Position numbers and translations under genes: made by a program. The notes beneath the pieces are model-generated. The model saw only the letters and a list, made by a program, of their open reading frames with translations, did no database searches and was not told the origin of the DNA. Source: Octopus sinensis (Eukaryota). Taken from it: DNA of 64,000 bases. The stretch is from the NCBI RefSeq assembly GCF_006345805.1, contig NC_043001.1:25234001-25298000 (forward strand), in the 5' to 3' direction. This document shows, in pieces, positions 24,251-37,603 of this stretch (position 1 is the first letter of the stretch; each line of letters begins with the position of its first letter).

Positions 24251-25489
24251 AAGTGTTACAGACAGGCTAAGTAACGGAGAATAAAGAACTTAGTTAAAGA
24301 AAAAAATTACACATTTCACGCACCACAACATCCCACCATCCCTTTCCTCCCCCATCTCCCCTGCCTCTCCCCATCCCCCTTCAGCTAATCACATGGAAGC
24401 TTTACAGATGGGCTAAGTGACAGAGGGGCAAGCAGAATTTTCATCAGATAATCATTTCATCACATGTACTAAAAATATTCTTTGGGTCATTTCTAGCTAT
24501 TGTTGTTGTTGAGTTGCTCTACTCAGGCTCTGCTCAGAGCCGTTGAAGACTTCTTTGACAATCTAGTAATTGAAGAAGGATAGTTTCTATTTCAGGGGGT
24601 GGAGTTTACTCGTGTTTGGTAACTGGTAATTCTACTTTTTCTTTTTTCATTTAATCATAAGTAATATTGGAAATTTAACAGTTAATTATATTTCCTTTGT
24701 TAGTAACTACTTTATAATTCTACTTGGACATTTTTATTAGTTTGGTAAAACAAGTTTTACTGTTTATAGTTTGTTTCTTTTTGGCCTTTTTTTTTTTTTT
24801 TTGTCTTATTCAGTCTCTGCTTTTGCTACACACATGTTGTAAGAGCTTGCTTGGGCAATTTTTTTTTATCAATCCTTTCCATTGATTATTATCATCTGTT
24901 AGTGTTAAGTTTATAAAAGCAATTTGAATGCTCGAATACATGACAACCGAAAAAAAAATATTGGTTTTCTAGATATGAGAGTTTGTTTTAGTTTAAATAT
25001 AAATTTATTGATTATCGTAATGCCCATAACATTAAAATGGCTGATAATGTTTTATTGTGACCTTAATTGTCTTGTCTTTGGTATGTGTCCATTAGAATAC
25101 CATATTGTTCATAATCATCATCTTTAATGTCAGTTTTTCAATGCTTTTGTGAGTCAGACAGAATTTTTTGAAGCAGATTTTATACAACCAGATGCCCTTC
25201 CTGTCCCCAACCCTCACCTATTTCCAGGCAATTAAATAGTTTCCCATAGCTCAACATGTTTTTCACATTGCCTGTATAATGGTGATACTCATTTACAGCC
25301 ACCACATGATATTTAGAGTACACACCAACATGTACAGACATATATTTTTTCCATTACTTGAAATTACCTTGTGCGAAGCCCTTGGGCCACTTCTAGGTAG
25401 AGAATTACAAGAAAGAAGAGAGTAGCATTAATGCCACAAATCACTTTGTATATATGCATTTTTCAGATGACAATAAAATTATTGGTCAT

Positions 25490-25660
25490 CATTATCGTTT
25501 AACATTTCTTTTCCCATGCTGTTTTGGGTTGATGGCCAGCCAGGGAGGTGTACCAGGTTCCAGTTGTCTGTTTTGGCATGGTTTCTATAGTTTTTAGCCC
25601 TTCCTAACATCAACTACTTTACAGAGTGTAATGGGTGCTTTTTATGTGGCACTGGTATGT
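25490..25660 (-). mobile_element. Family B RTE 3'-end repeat, diverged
   Basis: catcattatcgtttaacatt...cccttcctaac...gggtgcttttt. Confidence 0.65.
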
Positions 25661-25746
25661 AAAAAATTGAAATGAAATACAATGAGATGCACATTATTTA
25701 CATTGTTTATAATTGACAGATATTTGTCCTCATCTTGTTTGTTGTT

Positions 25747-25792
25747 AACACAATGTTTTGGCTGATATACCCTCCAGCCTTCATCAGGTGTC
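25747..25792 (-). ncRNA. Minimal hammerhead ribozyme motif, partly decayed
   Basis: Minus strand: gacac-CTGATGA-a-ggctg(gagggtatat)cagcc-AAAA-catt-gtgtt; CUGAUGA intact, GAAA changed to AAAA. Confidence 0.6.
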
Positions 25793-25840
25793 TTGGGGAA
25801 AATTTCGAACCTGGGTCCTAATTCCTAAGGTATTTTTCGA

Positions 25841-25901
<61 letters not shown>

Positions 25902-26008
25902 TGCTCTTAACCCCAAGATTCCGAGTTTGATTCCAGGCAATGACCTAAATAATAATAACATCGAAAAATACCTTAGGAATGAGAACCCAGGTTTGAAATT
26001 TTCCCCAA

Positions 26009-26054
26009 GACACCCGATGAAAGCTGGAGGGTATGTCAGCCAAAACGTTGTGTT
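26009..26054 (+). ncRNA. Minimal hammerhead ribozyme motif, partly decayed
   Basis: gacac-CCGATGA-a-agctg(gagggtatgt)cagcc-AAAA-cgtt-gtgtt; core substitutions at U4 and G12. Confidence 0.55.
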
Positions 26055-26699
26055 AACAACAAACAAGATGAGGACAAATATCCGTCAAATGTACATAATG
26101 TACATAATTCCTCATCTCTTAAATATAGAACTGTACAATGAGATGGTAATAAAAAAACTGGCAATCAAGGAGCTGCTAAAGAGTGATGGAATGAGATGAT
26201 AATAAAAGAACTGATAAAATTATTAAAATGTAAGAAACCATCAACATTAAACAAGATACTTGTTAACCTTGAATTTAAATGGATCAGCATTATTCAGCTA
26301 GAAAATAATAGGGAGGTAATTTATTCCTTGGTTCAGCTATTCTGGAAGTAAGAAATCTTTGTGCAAGGGAATTTGCAATATGTTTGTGTGCTATCCAGAA
26401 AGCACAGTTACAGCTCACGCTGAATTCGACAAACTAAGTTCTGATGAGGAATTGCCAGACTGGCAGGTCCAAGATATGAAGCTCACTTGAACACTTTCCA
26501 TAGAAATAATACTAACATTTGTTAACAGTTTAAGTGACAAAAAGAATTCATCACCAATTAGACTAAGCATCTGATTTTGCTGGAGAGTAGATGTTTTGGG
26601 GAACTGACCCAAATGTTTAAACAGTACTCTATTTTTTAATGGATTTTATTCTTGTATAGATACACTAGAGCTTCAAGTGTTAGGAGTCTTATAAATGAT

Positions 26700-28620
26700 A
26701 GAACAAGCCTACCATTCTAGTGTTGAGCTTGGCAAGAGACATAATGTAGAAATCCCACCTCACATCAGATATGAATTTCAGACCTAAGAATTTTAACAAA
26801 TGAGAATCCTTCAAAGCAGTCCTAGTCATCAAAATAAAAGGAAGGTCAGGAATTTCATGATTGTGGTGGAAAACAGTTACATTGGTGTTGGAAGCATTAA
26901 ATATAACAAGTCATTTATTTCCCCCATTGTATGATTCCAGTTAGGCCATAGTAAAGATCTGCATCTAGATTCAAGTGTGGCATGTTCTCAAACTATAATA
27001 TATGGTATCATCAGCAAACATGTCACTAAAGGGTCTTATTAATTTACTAAGTATATCAATGATAAACAGCAAGAAGAATGTAGATCCCAGGATAAATCTC
27101 TGGGGTCCACCTGCATTGATTTCATAAGTGTCAGAGAACTGATCATTGATGGCAATTTTTAGACTTCTTATTAAGAGTGAATTTATGGTGGAAATGTTTT
27201 TTCTAGTTATAGTATAGCTGGTTAGTTTATGAAGCAATCTTCTATGTCATGCCATGTCAAATGCTTTGGAGATGTGTAATGCAATAGCACCAGGATCCAA
27301 GCTGCTATCCAGTGCAGTACTTATACTGTCATACTCATTACTTCATGACCATGAGTCATCAAAAATTATACTGCTTATCATTAAGGAGACTGGTTTTATT
27401 TATGTGCTTAATTACATGCTTGTTAATCATACACTCAGTTTGCTTTCGATGTTCAGTAGAAAAATTAGTCTTTATTAAAATAGGGAGGAATGTTTACTAG
27501 AATTCTTGAAAACTGAGCTGACAACAGACCAGAGAAGCATTTGCTATTATGACAATGACAAACTTTGCCACAATTGAGGATATCCTGAGGTATAGGTTTT
27601 TCAACACAGTGACTGGAGTTTGGTGTTGACTAGTTGGGTTTTTTGGTTCAATATACCTCATAAGTTTGGAAACCTCCTTGGCTAATATTCCAATGATAGA
27701 AACCTAACAGTTTGAATTAAATTCTATGTTGGATGACTAACCATTCTTTGCTGGATTTTCAAATCATACAAAGTTTTTCATAAATAGCTTTGCTTTGTTT
27801 GAGGACAAATGAGATTACCTTCAGCCCGTTGATGATTGTAAGACTAGGTGATCAGACATGGTTAATTATTCTACTGGTTACTGTCCTCCAGAGTTTATAT
27901 GAGTCCAGCCTCTTTTGATCAGTCACCATTTGAACAGGTTCAACATAGCTAGTTTTAGCATTCTTTGGTGTTCCTTACAGATATTATAGAAGAATGCTAC
28001 ACTAGTATCACAACCATTTTGGTGGTACAAGTAGGAATAGTGGTTAGTATAAGCTATAGCAACAGCAGTACACTCCAGAGTAAAATAAAGTTGAGAGTTA
28101 GGAGTTTTTCAGTATTTCTTATTTGGGTACAAAATTATTGATACCACCAAGGACCCACTTAACAATTTGAGATGCAACTTTTGATGCTCTATAACTGGAA
28201 AAATATTCAAATATGGCATCAATCTGTAAAGAACAGAAATTTTCCCAATTTGTTTTAGAGACCCTGAACACAGTCTGGTGGAATGGTTCATCAATTGATT
28301 CTTTACTCTGTACATGAGGAACAACTATGACCAATCAATGGTCTGATCTACCAAGTGGATACTGCACAGCTGTAGCACAATGATTAGGACATGAAGTCAG
28401 GAAGAAATGATGCAACTTAGGGTTAGGATTACTGATATCTGGAACATGGATTGTAAAATCAATACTTTGAATTAGTTTATTTTGCCACAGAGAAACTGTA
28501 GCAGTGTCTGCCTTCAATACCTGTTTTGTTGGAATATGATCAATCTTTTTGGTGGATGTTAATGTCTCCACAGATGTGGATGTCAGCAGATGGATTATCA
28601 ACCAGAATTTTGTCTATTTG
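26700..28620 (-). mobile_element. Degenerate APE-RT LINE (CR1/L2/Jockey group)
   Basis: Endonuclease remnants (GDINIH in an alternative frame; ...QYPLGRSDH) at about 28335-28600; RT remnants INAGGPQRFILG..FFLLFIID...MFADDT at 26971-27237; multiple stops and frameshifts. Confidence 0.7.
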
Positions 28621-28778
28621 ATCAGTAGCTGCGTAGTCATCGTCCTAATGCTAATAAAGGGTGACTATAAAAACAACAGCATGGAGAAGTGTCAGATGAA
28701 ACCATATAAATGGTAAATTAAAATCTTCAAGGATGTATCTACTACAGTAAATGCCTTTTTTATATATATATATATATA

Positions 28779-29230
28779 TCATCATCATTATCGTTTAACA
28801 TCCGTTTTCTGTGCTAGCATGGGTTGGACGGTTCGACCGGGGTCTGGGAAACCAGGAGGCTGCATCAGGCTCCAGTCTGATCTGGCAGTGTTTCTACAGC
28901 TTGATGTCCTTCCTAACGCCAACAACTCCGTGAGTGTAGTAGGTGCTTTTTACGTGCCACCGGCACAGAAGCCAGTCAAGGCGGCGCTGGCATCGACCAC
29001 GTTCACATGGTGCTTTTTACATGCCACCGGCACAGGTATCACAACTACAATTTCCATTTGATATTTATTTTGATGTTGATGTACTTAACTCAATAGGTCT
29101 CCTCAAGCACAGCAGGTCACGTGCTACCGGCACAGAAGCCAATGAAGGTAGAGCTGGCATCAGCCACGTTAGGACGGTGCTTTTTACGTGCCACCGGCAC
29201 AGGTATCACAACTACAATTTCCATTTGATA
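28779..29230 (-). mobile_element. Family B RTE 3'-end repeat with internal duplication
   Basis: Family B consensus; gtgcttttta(c/t)(a/g)tgccaccggcacaggtatcacaactacaatttccatttgatattta occurs twice (about 29010 and 29180). Confidence 0.83.
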
Positions 29231-30024
29231 TTTATATTTATATATACACATATATATATATATATATAAACACAATGGTAATTGAATGAATTGTGTTTGG
29301 TGGTTAGTGGATAGCAGCCCAGGATGTCCAAGTCTCTGTTAGATATTTTGGGCTTGAGGGCAGTCTCAATAACTCCGAAAAATTAGCTCTTGTGTTCTGT
29401 CTGAATGCATCAACTTTAGAAAAATTTGTGCATAAATTCTCAATATTGGTGTAAGAAATGATAGCTCTTGGATCTATTTTTGCTCAATTTGAATTGGGTT
29501 TAATGTTGTTAAACTTAGATTGTGACTGTGACATTTTGTAGATTGGTTGTTGATGAAAAGCTCAATAGATATGATTGGTGCTGTTTGTAAGGTTGATATG
29601 TTTTAACTATCTAGAGCAATCCATATAGATCAATACTGTCGGAAAAAATCTCCATGAGAGAGAGAGAGGTTCCATTAGAAGCAATTGCAGGGTCAAGCAG
29701 CCATTTATGAAATGGCATTATGTAATCCCAATATTAAATACTTTCTGTTGAGATAAACACCACCAACCCTTGACCATTGCATCAGTGTTTGGATCTGTAA
29801 ATAATTAGGAGGAAAACGCCAGTCCAAAAGATGGTACCTCCTGTACTCTTATTAAAGAACAGATTAGACTAGAGAAACGTGTTACCAAAAAAAATAGTTC
29901 AATATACGCTTTTTTTGTTTTATTTCTGTAAGTTAAAAACAACATATAATGCATCAAGTCAAGCTTCCTCCATAAGGTGGAAGTAAAAAATACCAAATAG
30001 TGGGAGCTTGGTTTACAAAACTAC

Positions 30025-30308
30025 TCATCATCATCATCATTTAACGTCCGTTTTCCATGCTAGCATGGGTTGGACGGTTTTGACTGAGGGCTGGCAACCA
30101 GATGGCTGCACCAGGCTCCAGTCTTGATCTGGCAGAGTTTCTACAGCTCGATGCCCTTCCTAACGCCAACCACTCTGAGAGTGTAGTGGGTGCTTTTTAC
30201 GTGCCACCTGCACGGGGGCCAGTCAGGCAGTACTGGCAATGACCTCACTCGAATCTTTTTACACGTGCCACCGACACAGGTGCCAATGAAGCGACGTTGG
30301 TAACGATA
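30025..30308 (-). mobile_element. Family B RTE 3'-end repeat
   Basis: Family B consensus. Confidence 0.87.
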
Positions 30309-31186
30309 GTAACTCATAGATAGTAAAAAAAAAAAAAAATGCTGATTGACTTTTCTGAAGTCTGCAATATGCTATCCTATCCCAAATGGTTGGTTATGGT
30401 TTTACTTCATATTGTAGATTTATTGATGATACCATCACAAGGTAGATTGCTAAGCAAATGTCCTGTGTTTGTTTCCCAGTTTGGTATTTCTTTGATGCTG
30501 CCTTGTGAAGGGCAATGACAGCTTTTGCTATTGCTTTGATAGCTGTTATTTTTAGTGTTGCTGAACTCCCTCGATCCCTCTCAGGTAGCAAATTCAGTAG
30601 GTTTGCCAGTTTAGCTGACATTGACCCAAACTATGAAACAGGCCACATGGTTACATGTTACCACCAGCAAGGGGCCACTTTTGTAATAACCTTATGAAAG
30701 CATATAAAGGAGATGTGACTTATGTATTAGCATTGTAAACTAGATTAACTTTATTTCAGACAGCATTTTTTTTTATAATCTCTTGGGTAATGTGTATATA
30801 TACATCTTCAGTCAAGTGACATTTTGATTAGAAATCAATGGCTGCTTACATGTTAAACTACTTGGGAATTCATCCCTTGTTTTTTTGGTATTTACTTGCA
30901 AACTTATTGCTTGGTGGGAGAGTTGAAATTATTGTTTTGGATTTTTAAATCTTCAGCAGAGTTGACTTAGTTCTGTAGCTACGATAACAAGTAAAAATAG
31001 CTCATAGCAGCCCAAGATCTCGGGATTCATTAGCCAAGCTTCATTTCAAAGAAATATACTTTGCATTTCGATATCCTGAATTTTTTTAATTTTTGTGATT
31101 TACTAATTTCCTTAGAGTTACCAAAACTGATAGTAATCTCTCTCACAAACCAACTAAGTGAAACAGCAACTTTTAGAGAGTAAAAT

Positions 31187-31217
<31 letters not shown>

Positions 31218-33150
31218 AATTTTCTAGATGGTGTAATTTAATTGTTCATTTTGAATTTATAAAAGGTGGGTTTTTTTCTAATTTTTATATATATATTATA
31301 TTTTGTGAAATTTGATTTAGTATTTCTAAATTGAATTTTTCCCTGTAAGTTAGGAATAATATTCCCTCAAATAATTATTATATATATATATATATATATA
31401 TATGATGATGATATATATAAAATCACTTCTGTTTTCCAATGCCAATAAGGGTTGGATAGGTCTGCTCCATAAGCGTCTTACTCTTGGTTGCATTTCATTC
31501 ATGTAGTTCAAGTATCCTGAATTCAGCTTTTGCCACATCTTCCTCTTTCAATTGCATTGTTTGAAACACCTTCACCCAACAGTTGTTTTTCATTTGCGTC
31601 CCACCCATGCCAGCATGAAAGGTGAATGATAATGATGATGATTACATATCTATACCAATACAGCCTTCTCTCATGCACACTACATCTAATTTCTCTCACA
31701 GTTGGCGGTTGCTAATCCTCTACATGGCTCAAATGCAAGCTACATATGAGTACTGCTCACATATCTTGGATATGAAATGGTGCTTCTGATATACATAAAA
31801 GCCTTCTAGATCCATTAAAAAAAAACTGTTATTTCACTTACTAGCAGGGACTCGGTCACCAACCCTCTACAAACTCTAGCATACAGACTTGATGTTTTCT
31901 CTCTCTTCCATCCTCAGCATTCCACCGCTACTCTGTCCATCTACTTCTTTGTCATCCTTACTGTGTCTCATCCCCTAAACACTGCACTAATCGCTTTACC
32001 TAATCTTTCTTCCTTAAGTTGCAATTCCTTGGATTACTTCTTCACCCATGTTTTGTCTACTTGCTTTAACCTAAGGACGTTCAAAGTAAAAATCAAACAC
32101 TTTAATCTCACAAGTGTGAAGTTCTACAAAAGGCTTCGGATGTTTCCATTCTTTGCACCAAAAGAATAATTTTTAAAAAAAACTATGATACAGTCCTTCA
32201 TGACTAAAGTATTGTAGATAAATCTTTAAAAAAACTACACACACAGACATGCATGCATGCAGGCAGGCAGGCAGACAAGAAAAGAGCATTTAAAAACAGA
32301 TATTATGAAGTATATTGTGTTTGTTATTCCTTGTTATGTTCATTAAATTTCAGTTGTTTCATTGTTTATTTGTTTATAATTAGCCGTTCATTGTGAATAT
32401 TGATTTCTCGATAAAGCTTGGAGTTGTAATTTATGACAAGTAGTGTGTTTAATCTAAGTAGCATGTTTAATCTGAAGAAAAACATAAATACGATAGCATT
32501 TTGCTGGACAGAAGGACTGTATTTAATATTTAATGCAGGATTTCAGGATACTAACATTCATTGAATGGCAATAATCAGAAAGGGATGCAACGGATTCCTC
32601 CAGTTTTCAAATTAAAAGATGTTCTAAATGCGACAGAAGGAATATAGAGCAAAACAACACACTGATATTTTTTCTGGTTGTCAGTTGTTATCAGATCAGC
32701 TCTGATCAACCAGTTTTATGGCACACAAATAGCTGACTGAATGACAAGGTGTAATCTTCAGATCCATTTTCCTAGCTATTCTAGGTCTCCATCTCACTTT
32801 GACTTGTATTAGGGCAGTCTAACTGTCTCTTTACTACATTCTCTCCACTGTTTAATCTATATCTCTTGAAGAGACCAGAATGTAGACAGGCAAGGTGGAC
32901 TTGGTTAGAGAGCGAAAATTACTGTTATTCTGCACTTATTGTTGGTGTACATCAGCATTGCATATTGGGCCAGTGAGGCTTTTCATGTTGCAGCTTTTTC
33001 TGCATATGTGTTCTTTGTACTTGTCCAGGCTGAGTGGGAGAGATATTGCTTTTAAGATGTTATATATGCAGGGTGTTTTGTGTGTGTGTACTACGGATTG
33101 CTTGAAGCTAACCTTTCTACACCTTGATCCTTGGATCTTATATTTGTTTA

Positions 33151-33545
33151 CTCTTTTACTTGTTCCAGTCATTTTACTGTGGCCATGCTGGAGCACCGCC
33201 TTTAGTCGAGCAAATCGCCCCCAGGACTTAGTAAGCTTAGTACTTATTCTATCGGTCTCTTTTGCCAAACCACTAAGTTACGGGGACGCAAACACACCAG
33301 CATTGGTTGTCAAGCAATGTGGTGGGGGTGGGGGGCAAGCACAGACACACAAACATACACACATATATATATTTATACATATATATGACAAGCTTCTTTC
33401 AGCTTCCGTCTACCAAATCCACTCACAAGGCTTTGGTCGACCCAAGGCTATCGTAGAAGACACTTGCCCAAAGTGCCACACAGTGAGACTGAACCTGGAA
33501 CCATGTGGTTGGTAAGCAAGCTACTTACCACACGGCCACTCCTGT
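33151..33545 (-). mobile_element. SINE-A
   Basis: Head-to-tail match, with a small internal deletion. Confidence 0.87.
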
Positions 33546-34214
33546 ATATTTTAATATATATATATACATATATATAATTGAACAAAATAGGAGTCAACAA
33601 GGAGTATGGTTGGACATTTATTTTCAATCACTACAATTGTTTCTATGCAGTGTAGTTCTCTAGGTATGCAGGTGTTTGATCATGCAACCGTTTCCCTGCA
33701 TTATGAGATCTAGTTGTGTTTCTTCAGGTGATATGTAAATATTGTCTCTATAAGTTCAAATTCTCAGTTTCAAGAGCATCCTCTCTGTCATGGTCTGAAG
33801 TTAGTAGTAGCCACTGAGTTTATCAAGGTGTGTTGTTGCTAAACCAACTGTATTCCTTCTTGTTGGCTCCAATTTTTTCAATTATCTATTCATGCATGAC
33901 AGAAGCCCAATCACAAACCTGGAAGTAATTATAATACTGCTACTAGATAACACTGGGTGAAATCTGAAGGTGGACGTGTCTTATACTGTACTCTAATATA
34001 TTCTTAACATAATATACCATAACTAATATATATATATCCAATCCATGCTAGCATGAAAGCAGACGTTAAACGATGATGATGATGATATATGTATTTATGT
34101 ATGTACAAGACATTGTAAATCTTTAGCTGGGCTAAAGAGTCACATTCGATCACAGTACTGATAACAGTTAAGCCTTGTGCAATGGCCATACTCGATGACA
34201 AGGGGGCAGCCGTC

Positions 34215-34247
<33 letters not shown>

Positions 34248-34359
34248 TATATATATATGTTTGTATATACGTAGCTGGAGATTTGGAAGTGATTTTTCAT
34301 TTAGTGAAAGCCAGTTGTGTGTGGGCCTTGAAGCATAGTCCACCATTTTCTATTCTTAG

Positions 34360-36100
34360 TGGCTTGTTGTGAAGAGAGGATTAGCATAGTCTACTGTATC
34401 ATTTGTTACACCATTTGTATTTATTTCTGTGAACCTAATGTGGAACATGGTGGTTTTTGGTAAGAAGGGGCACAATGATGTCTGATGTTGTGGCACAAGG
34501 TTTCTGGGTGATTTAAATAAAGCTCTAGTAGTTATACAACAATATCTGGTGAATGGTGGAAGCATGTAAGTGTGGAACCATCTGTATGAAGGCATCACAC
34601 ACACACCTAACTGTTTTCGTAAAGTTGCTATTGGTTAAAAAGAATGAAAAGGAAGACAGTCCCTATAGGTCCATTCAAGGAGAATTGCAGGTTTCGGAAG
34701 TGTTGTTCTTGTGCATTATACATAGGTGTTGTTTTATATTATTTCCTAAAGTGAGTATATTTTATATATCTGGTTAGCAGGAAATCAAGTAGAAAGCATT
34801 GTTAATGTCACCAGTGGTAAGAATGGTATGTGTGGCATGACTTTTGTTGAAGGCAACATGTATATTTTTTAAGTGTGTGAGTAGTGTAGTGGTTGACTGT
34901 TGAGGTCTGAATTTATGTTGAGGTTTGGAAAGGGGTATGTGCTGTTTAGTGATATCAAGGACCAGTGTTGAATGAATGAATGAACGAATGTGTCTGTGAT
35001 GTTACTCGAGTTCTGTTTCTGTTAAGTTTTAACAATTATAATTTTGCTCAGCTTTCAGATTCTGGGAATTGTACAGTGTTTGTTGGTGAGTGCAGTTATT
35101 CCTTCAGGCCCTAGATGTTTTAGTTGTATGCTTGTGATTTTGTCTGACCCATGAGGCTTTTGAGCTTTTTAGATTTCTCTTTTGCTTTTTTTTTGGTGTC
35201 TGTTGGAAAGGAAAGGATCAAAATGTTGATCTCAAGATGGAAGGTGCTTATTATTTGCTTTGTGTTCCTGTTTTCATTATGTGGTCTTTGCTGGTTGGTT
35301 TACAAGAAATGTCTGACAGGGATGTTTGCTTCATGTTGCAGTGTGGGTATATGTTATTTGAGGCTATTGTGATACGGATGTGGTGTGATCTTTGTTTATG
35401 TTGCGAATTACTTCTCTACATAGTGTTTTTATGTTAGTTTTATGGTTTGTATTCAACCAGTTGTGTACCAGTCTTGCAATGATATAATTTCTTTTTATTC
35501 ATTATTTTTATTTATTCATTTCCGTTTTTAGTTGTTTGATATTAAATGTGAAGTCTATTGTCTTTGAGGTTGTCGCTGGTTTGTGAGGTTGGTTATTTAT
35601 GGTATGCAATTGTGATTGTTTGGGAATTTTTTTATGTTGCTTTACAGTATGTTCTTTTTGGATGCATCTATAATTATTTTGTTGAATATGTGTTCTGCTA
35701 TGTTTGTGTTGGTGGTCATGGTAGTGTTAAATTCCAAAAACCTTGATTGTATCTCTCGATGTAATTCATACAATTGTGCTTTTGTTCAGGCGTGTAAAAA
35801 TGGGTTTGGTTTTTTTTCAATGTTGTACGAGTAGATTGTGATAATTTATTGGTGATCAAGAAAAGTTGGATAATTGTTTGTCATGTGGTAGCTAGGTGTG
35901 AGAACCAGAAGGTGATGTAGTTGAAGTTGGCTTGATTGTGTATAGTGTGGTGTGTGTATAGTATGGATTGTTTAGAATCTAAGGGGAGTTTAATTGTACA
36001 GATGTTACTCATTTTGTTACCTGTATTTGTAAACAAGGTGTAAAGTGCATTGAGGTCTCCTGCAATGATTGTGTTTGTAGGAGTTATTAAAGTATTGTTG
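34360..36100 (-). mobile_element. Very old LINE relic (AC-rich sense strand)
   Basis: Strong GT skew on the + strand; minus ORF 35881..36171 has the endonuclease-like motif IIAGDLNA; weak RT-like remnants near 34356-34604. Confidence 0.4.
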
Positions 36101-36519
36101 TTGTTGGTAACGTTGGTTTGTGTGGTTAAGAGGTTTGCTTTGCAGTCATGTGGATCTAGGTTCAATCTCACTGTGCACCACCTTGGGCAGGTGTCTGCTT
36201 CTTTAGCCCTGGGCTAACCAATGCCTTGTGAATGAATTTAGTAGATGAAAACTGTACAAAGGCCATTGTGTGTGATTGTGTCTGTGTATGAATATATTCT
36301 GTGCTGAGCTCACCTACAGACTATGATGTTTGTTGACATTTCCCTGTTAATAAATCATCCCACTAGCTCTATGTTTTTGAAGGTAAGTGTAATGAAAAAT
36401 CTAGATAAGGATTAGCAACAGGAAGGGTACCTGGCTGTAAAATAATGCTTCAATATGCATTCATTTAACCAGTGCTAGCATGTAAAAAATTGGTGGAAAA
36501 CTAATGAACATATGTGCAT

Positions 36520-36682
36520 GTACATGGATGTGTGTATGTATATATATATATATGTGTGTATATATGTGTGTGTGTATGTATATATGTGTGTATGTATGTA
36601 TATATGTGTGTATGTATGTATGTATATATGTGTGTATGTATGTATGTATATATGTGTGTATGTATATATATATATATATATA
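36520..36682. repeat. Compound (TA)/(TG)/(TATG) microsatellite
   Basis: Direct observation. Confidence 0.9.
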
Positions 36683-36770
36683 GTTAGTTAATTCAAACAT
36701 GAAAGCACAAAAAAACACAATGCGAGGACGTGGAACAAATATGGTATTATTGGTATATATATGGTGTGTG

Positions 36771-36810
<40 letters not shown>

Positions 36811-36811
<1 letters not shown>

Positions 36812-37157
36812 ATATCTGTGAAAGTACATGGCTCAGTGGTTAGTGTTGGACTTGTAATCATTAGGTAGTGAGTTCAATTCCCAGACGAGGCTGTATGTTG
36901 TGTTCTTGATCAAGACACTTTATTTCATGTTGCTCCAGTTCACTCATTTGTAGAAATGAGTTGCAACATCACTGGTGCCAAGCTGCATCGGCTCTTGCCT
37001 TTCCCTTGGATAACACTGGTGGCATGGAGAGGGGAGGCTGGTGTGCATGGGCAACTGCTGATCTTCTATAAACAACCTTGCCCAGGTTTGTGCATCGGAG
37101 GGTAACTTTGTAGGTGCAATCCCATGGTCGTTCATGACTGAAGGAGACCCTTTTTCC

Positions 37158-37160
<3 letters not shown>
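36811..37160 (+). mobile_element. tRNA-headed SINE-D, copy 1 of a tandem duplication
   Basis: A-box TGGCTCAGTGGTTA, B-box GAGTTCAATTCCC, core-like TGTGTTCTTGATCAAGACAC; appears identical to 37226-37575. Confidence 0.8.
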
Positions 37161-37225
<65 letters not shown>

Positions 37226-37226
<1 letters not shown>

Positions 37227-37572
37227 ATATCTGTGAAAGTACATGGCTCAGTGGTTAGTGTTGGACTTGTAATCATTAGGTAGTGAGTTCAATTCCCAGA
37301 CGAGGCTGTATGTTGTGTTCTTGATCAAGACACTTTATTTCATGTTGCTCCAGTTCACTCATTTGTAGAAATGAGTTGCAACATCACTGGTGCCAAGCTG
37401 CATCGGCTCTTGCCTTTCCCTTGGATAACACTGGTGGCATGGAGAGGGGAGGCTGGTGTGCATGGGCAACTGCTGATCTTCTATAAACAACCTTGCCCAG
37501 GTTTGTGCATCGGAGGGTAACTTTGTAGGTGCAATCCCATGGTCGTTCATGACTGAAGGAGACCCTTTTTCC

Positions 37573-37575
<3 letters not shown>
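37226..37575 (+). mobile_element. tRNA-headed SINE-D, copy 2 (offset 415 bp)
   Basis: Appears identical to 36811-37160; the shadow ORFs 36944..37135 and 37359..37550 are identical. Confidence 0.8.

Positions 37576-37603
<28 letters not shown>

Larger units (their letters stand above)
25690..26120. mobile_element. Penelope-like inverted (fold-back) terminal repeat pair around an (ATT)n microsatellite
   Basis: About 25690-25850 is the reverse complement of about 25948-26110; spacer = (ATT)n plus about 50 nt; each arm carries a hammerhead-like motif. Confidence 0.75.

Noticed and set aside
25840-26199. ORFs with poly-Leu (+) or poly-Asn (-) runs
   Set aside because: Translation of the (ATT)n microsatellite inside the Penelope fold-back.
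29805-29835. Possible phase-1 micro-exon (AG|GAGGAAAACGCCAGTCCAAAAGATG|GT) that could splice to the MINDY 40973 acceptor
   Set aside because: Weak polypyrimidine tract and weak donor (GTACCT); expected by chance in 40 kb without transcript data.
36811-37575. Repeat-spacer appearance suggesting a CRISPR-like array (also the family B tandem units)
   Set aside because: Eukaryotic context, no unique spacers of constant length and no cas genes; explained by a SINE duplication and LINE UTR units.
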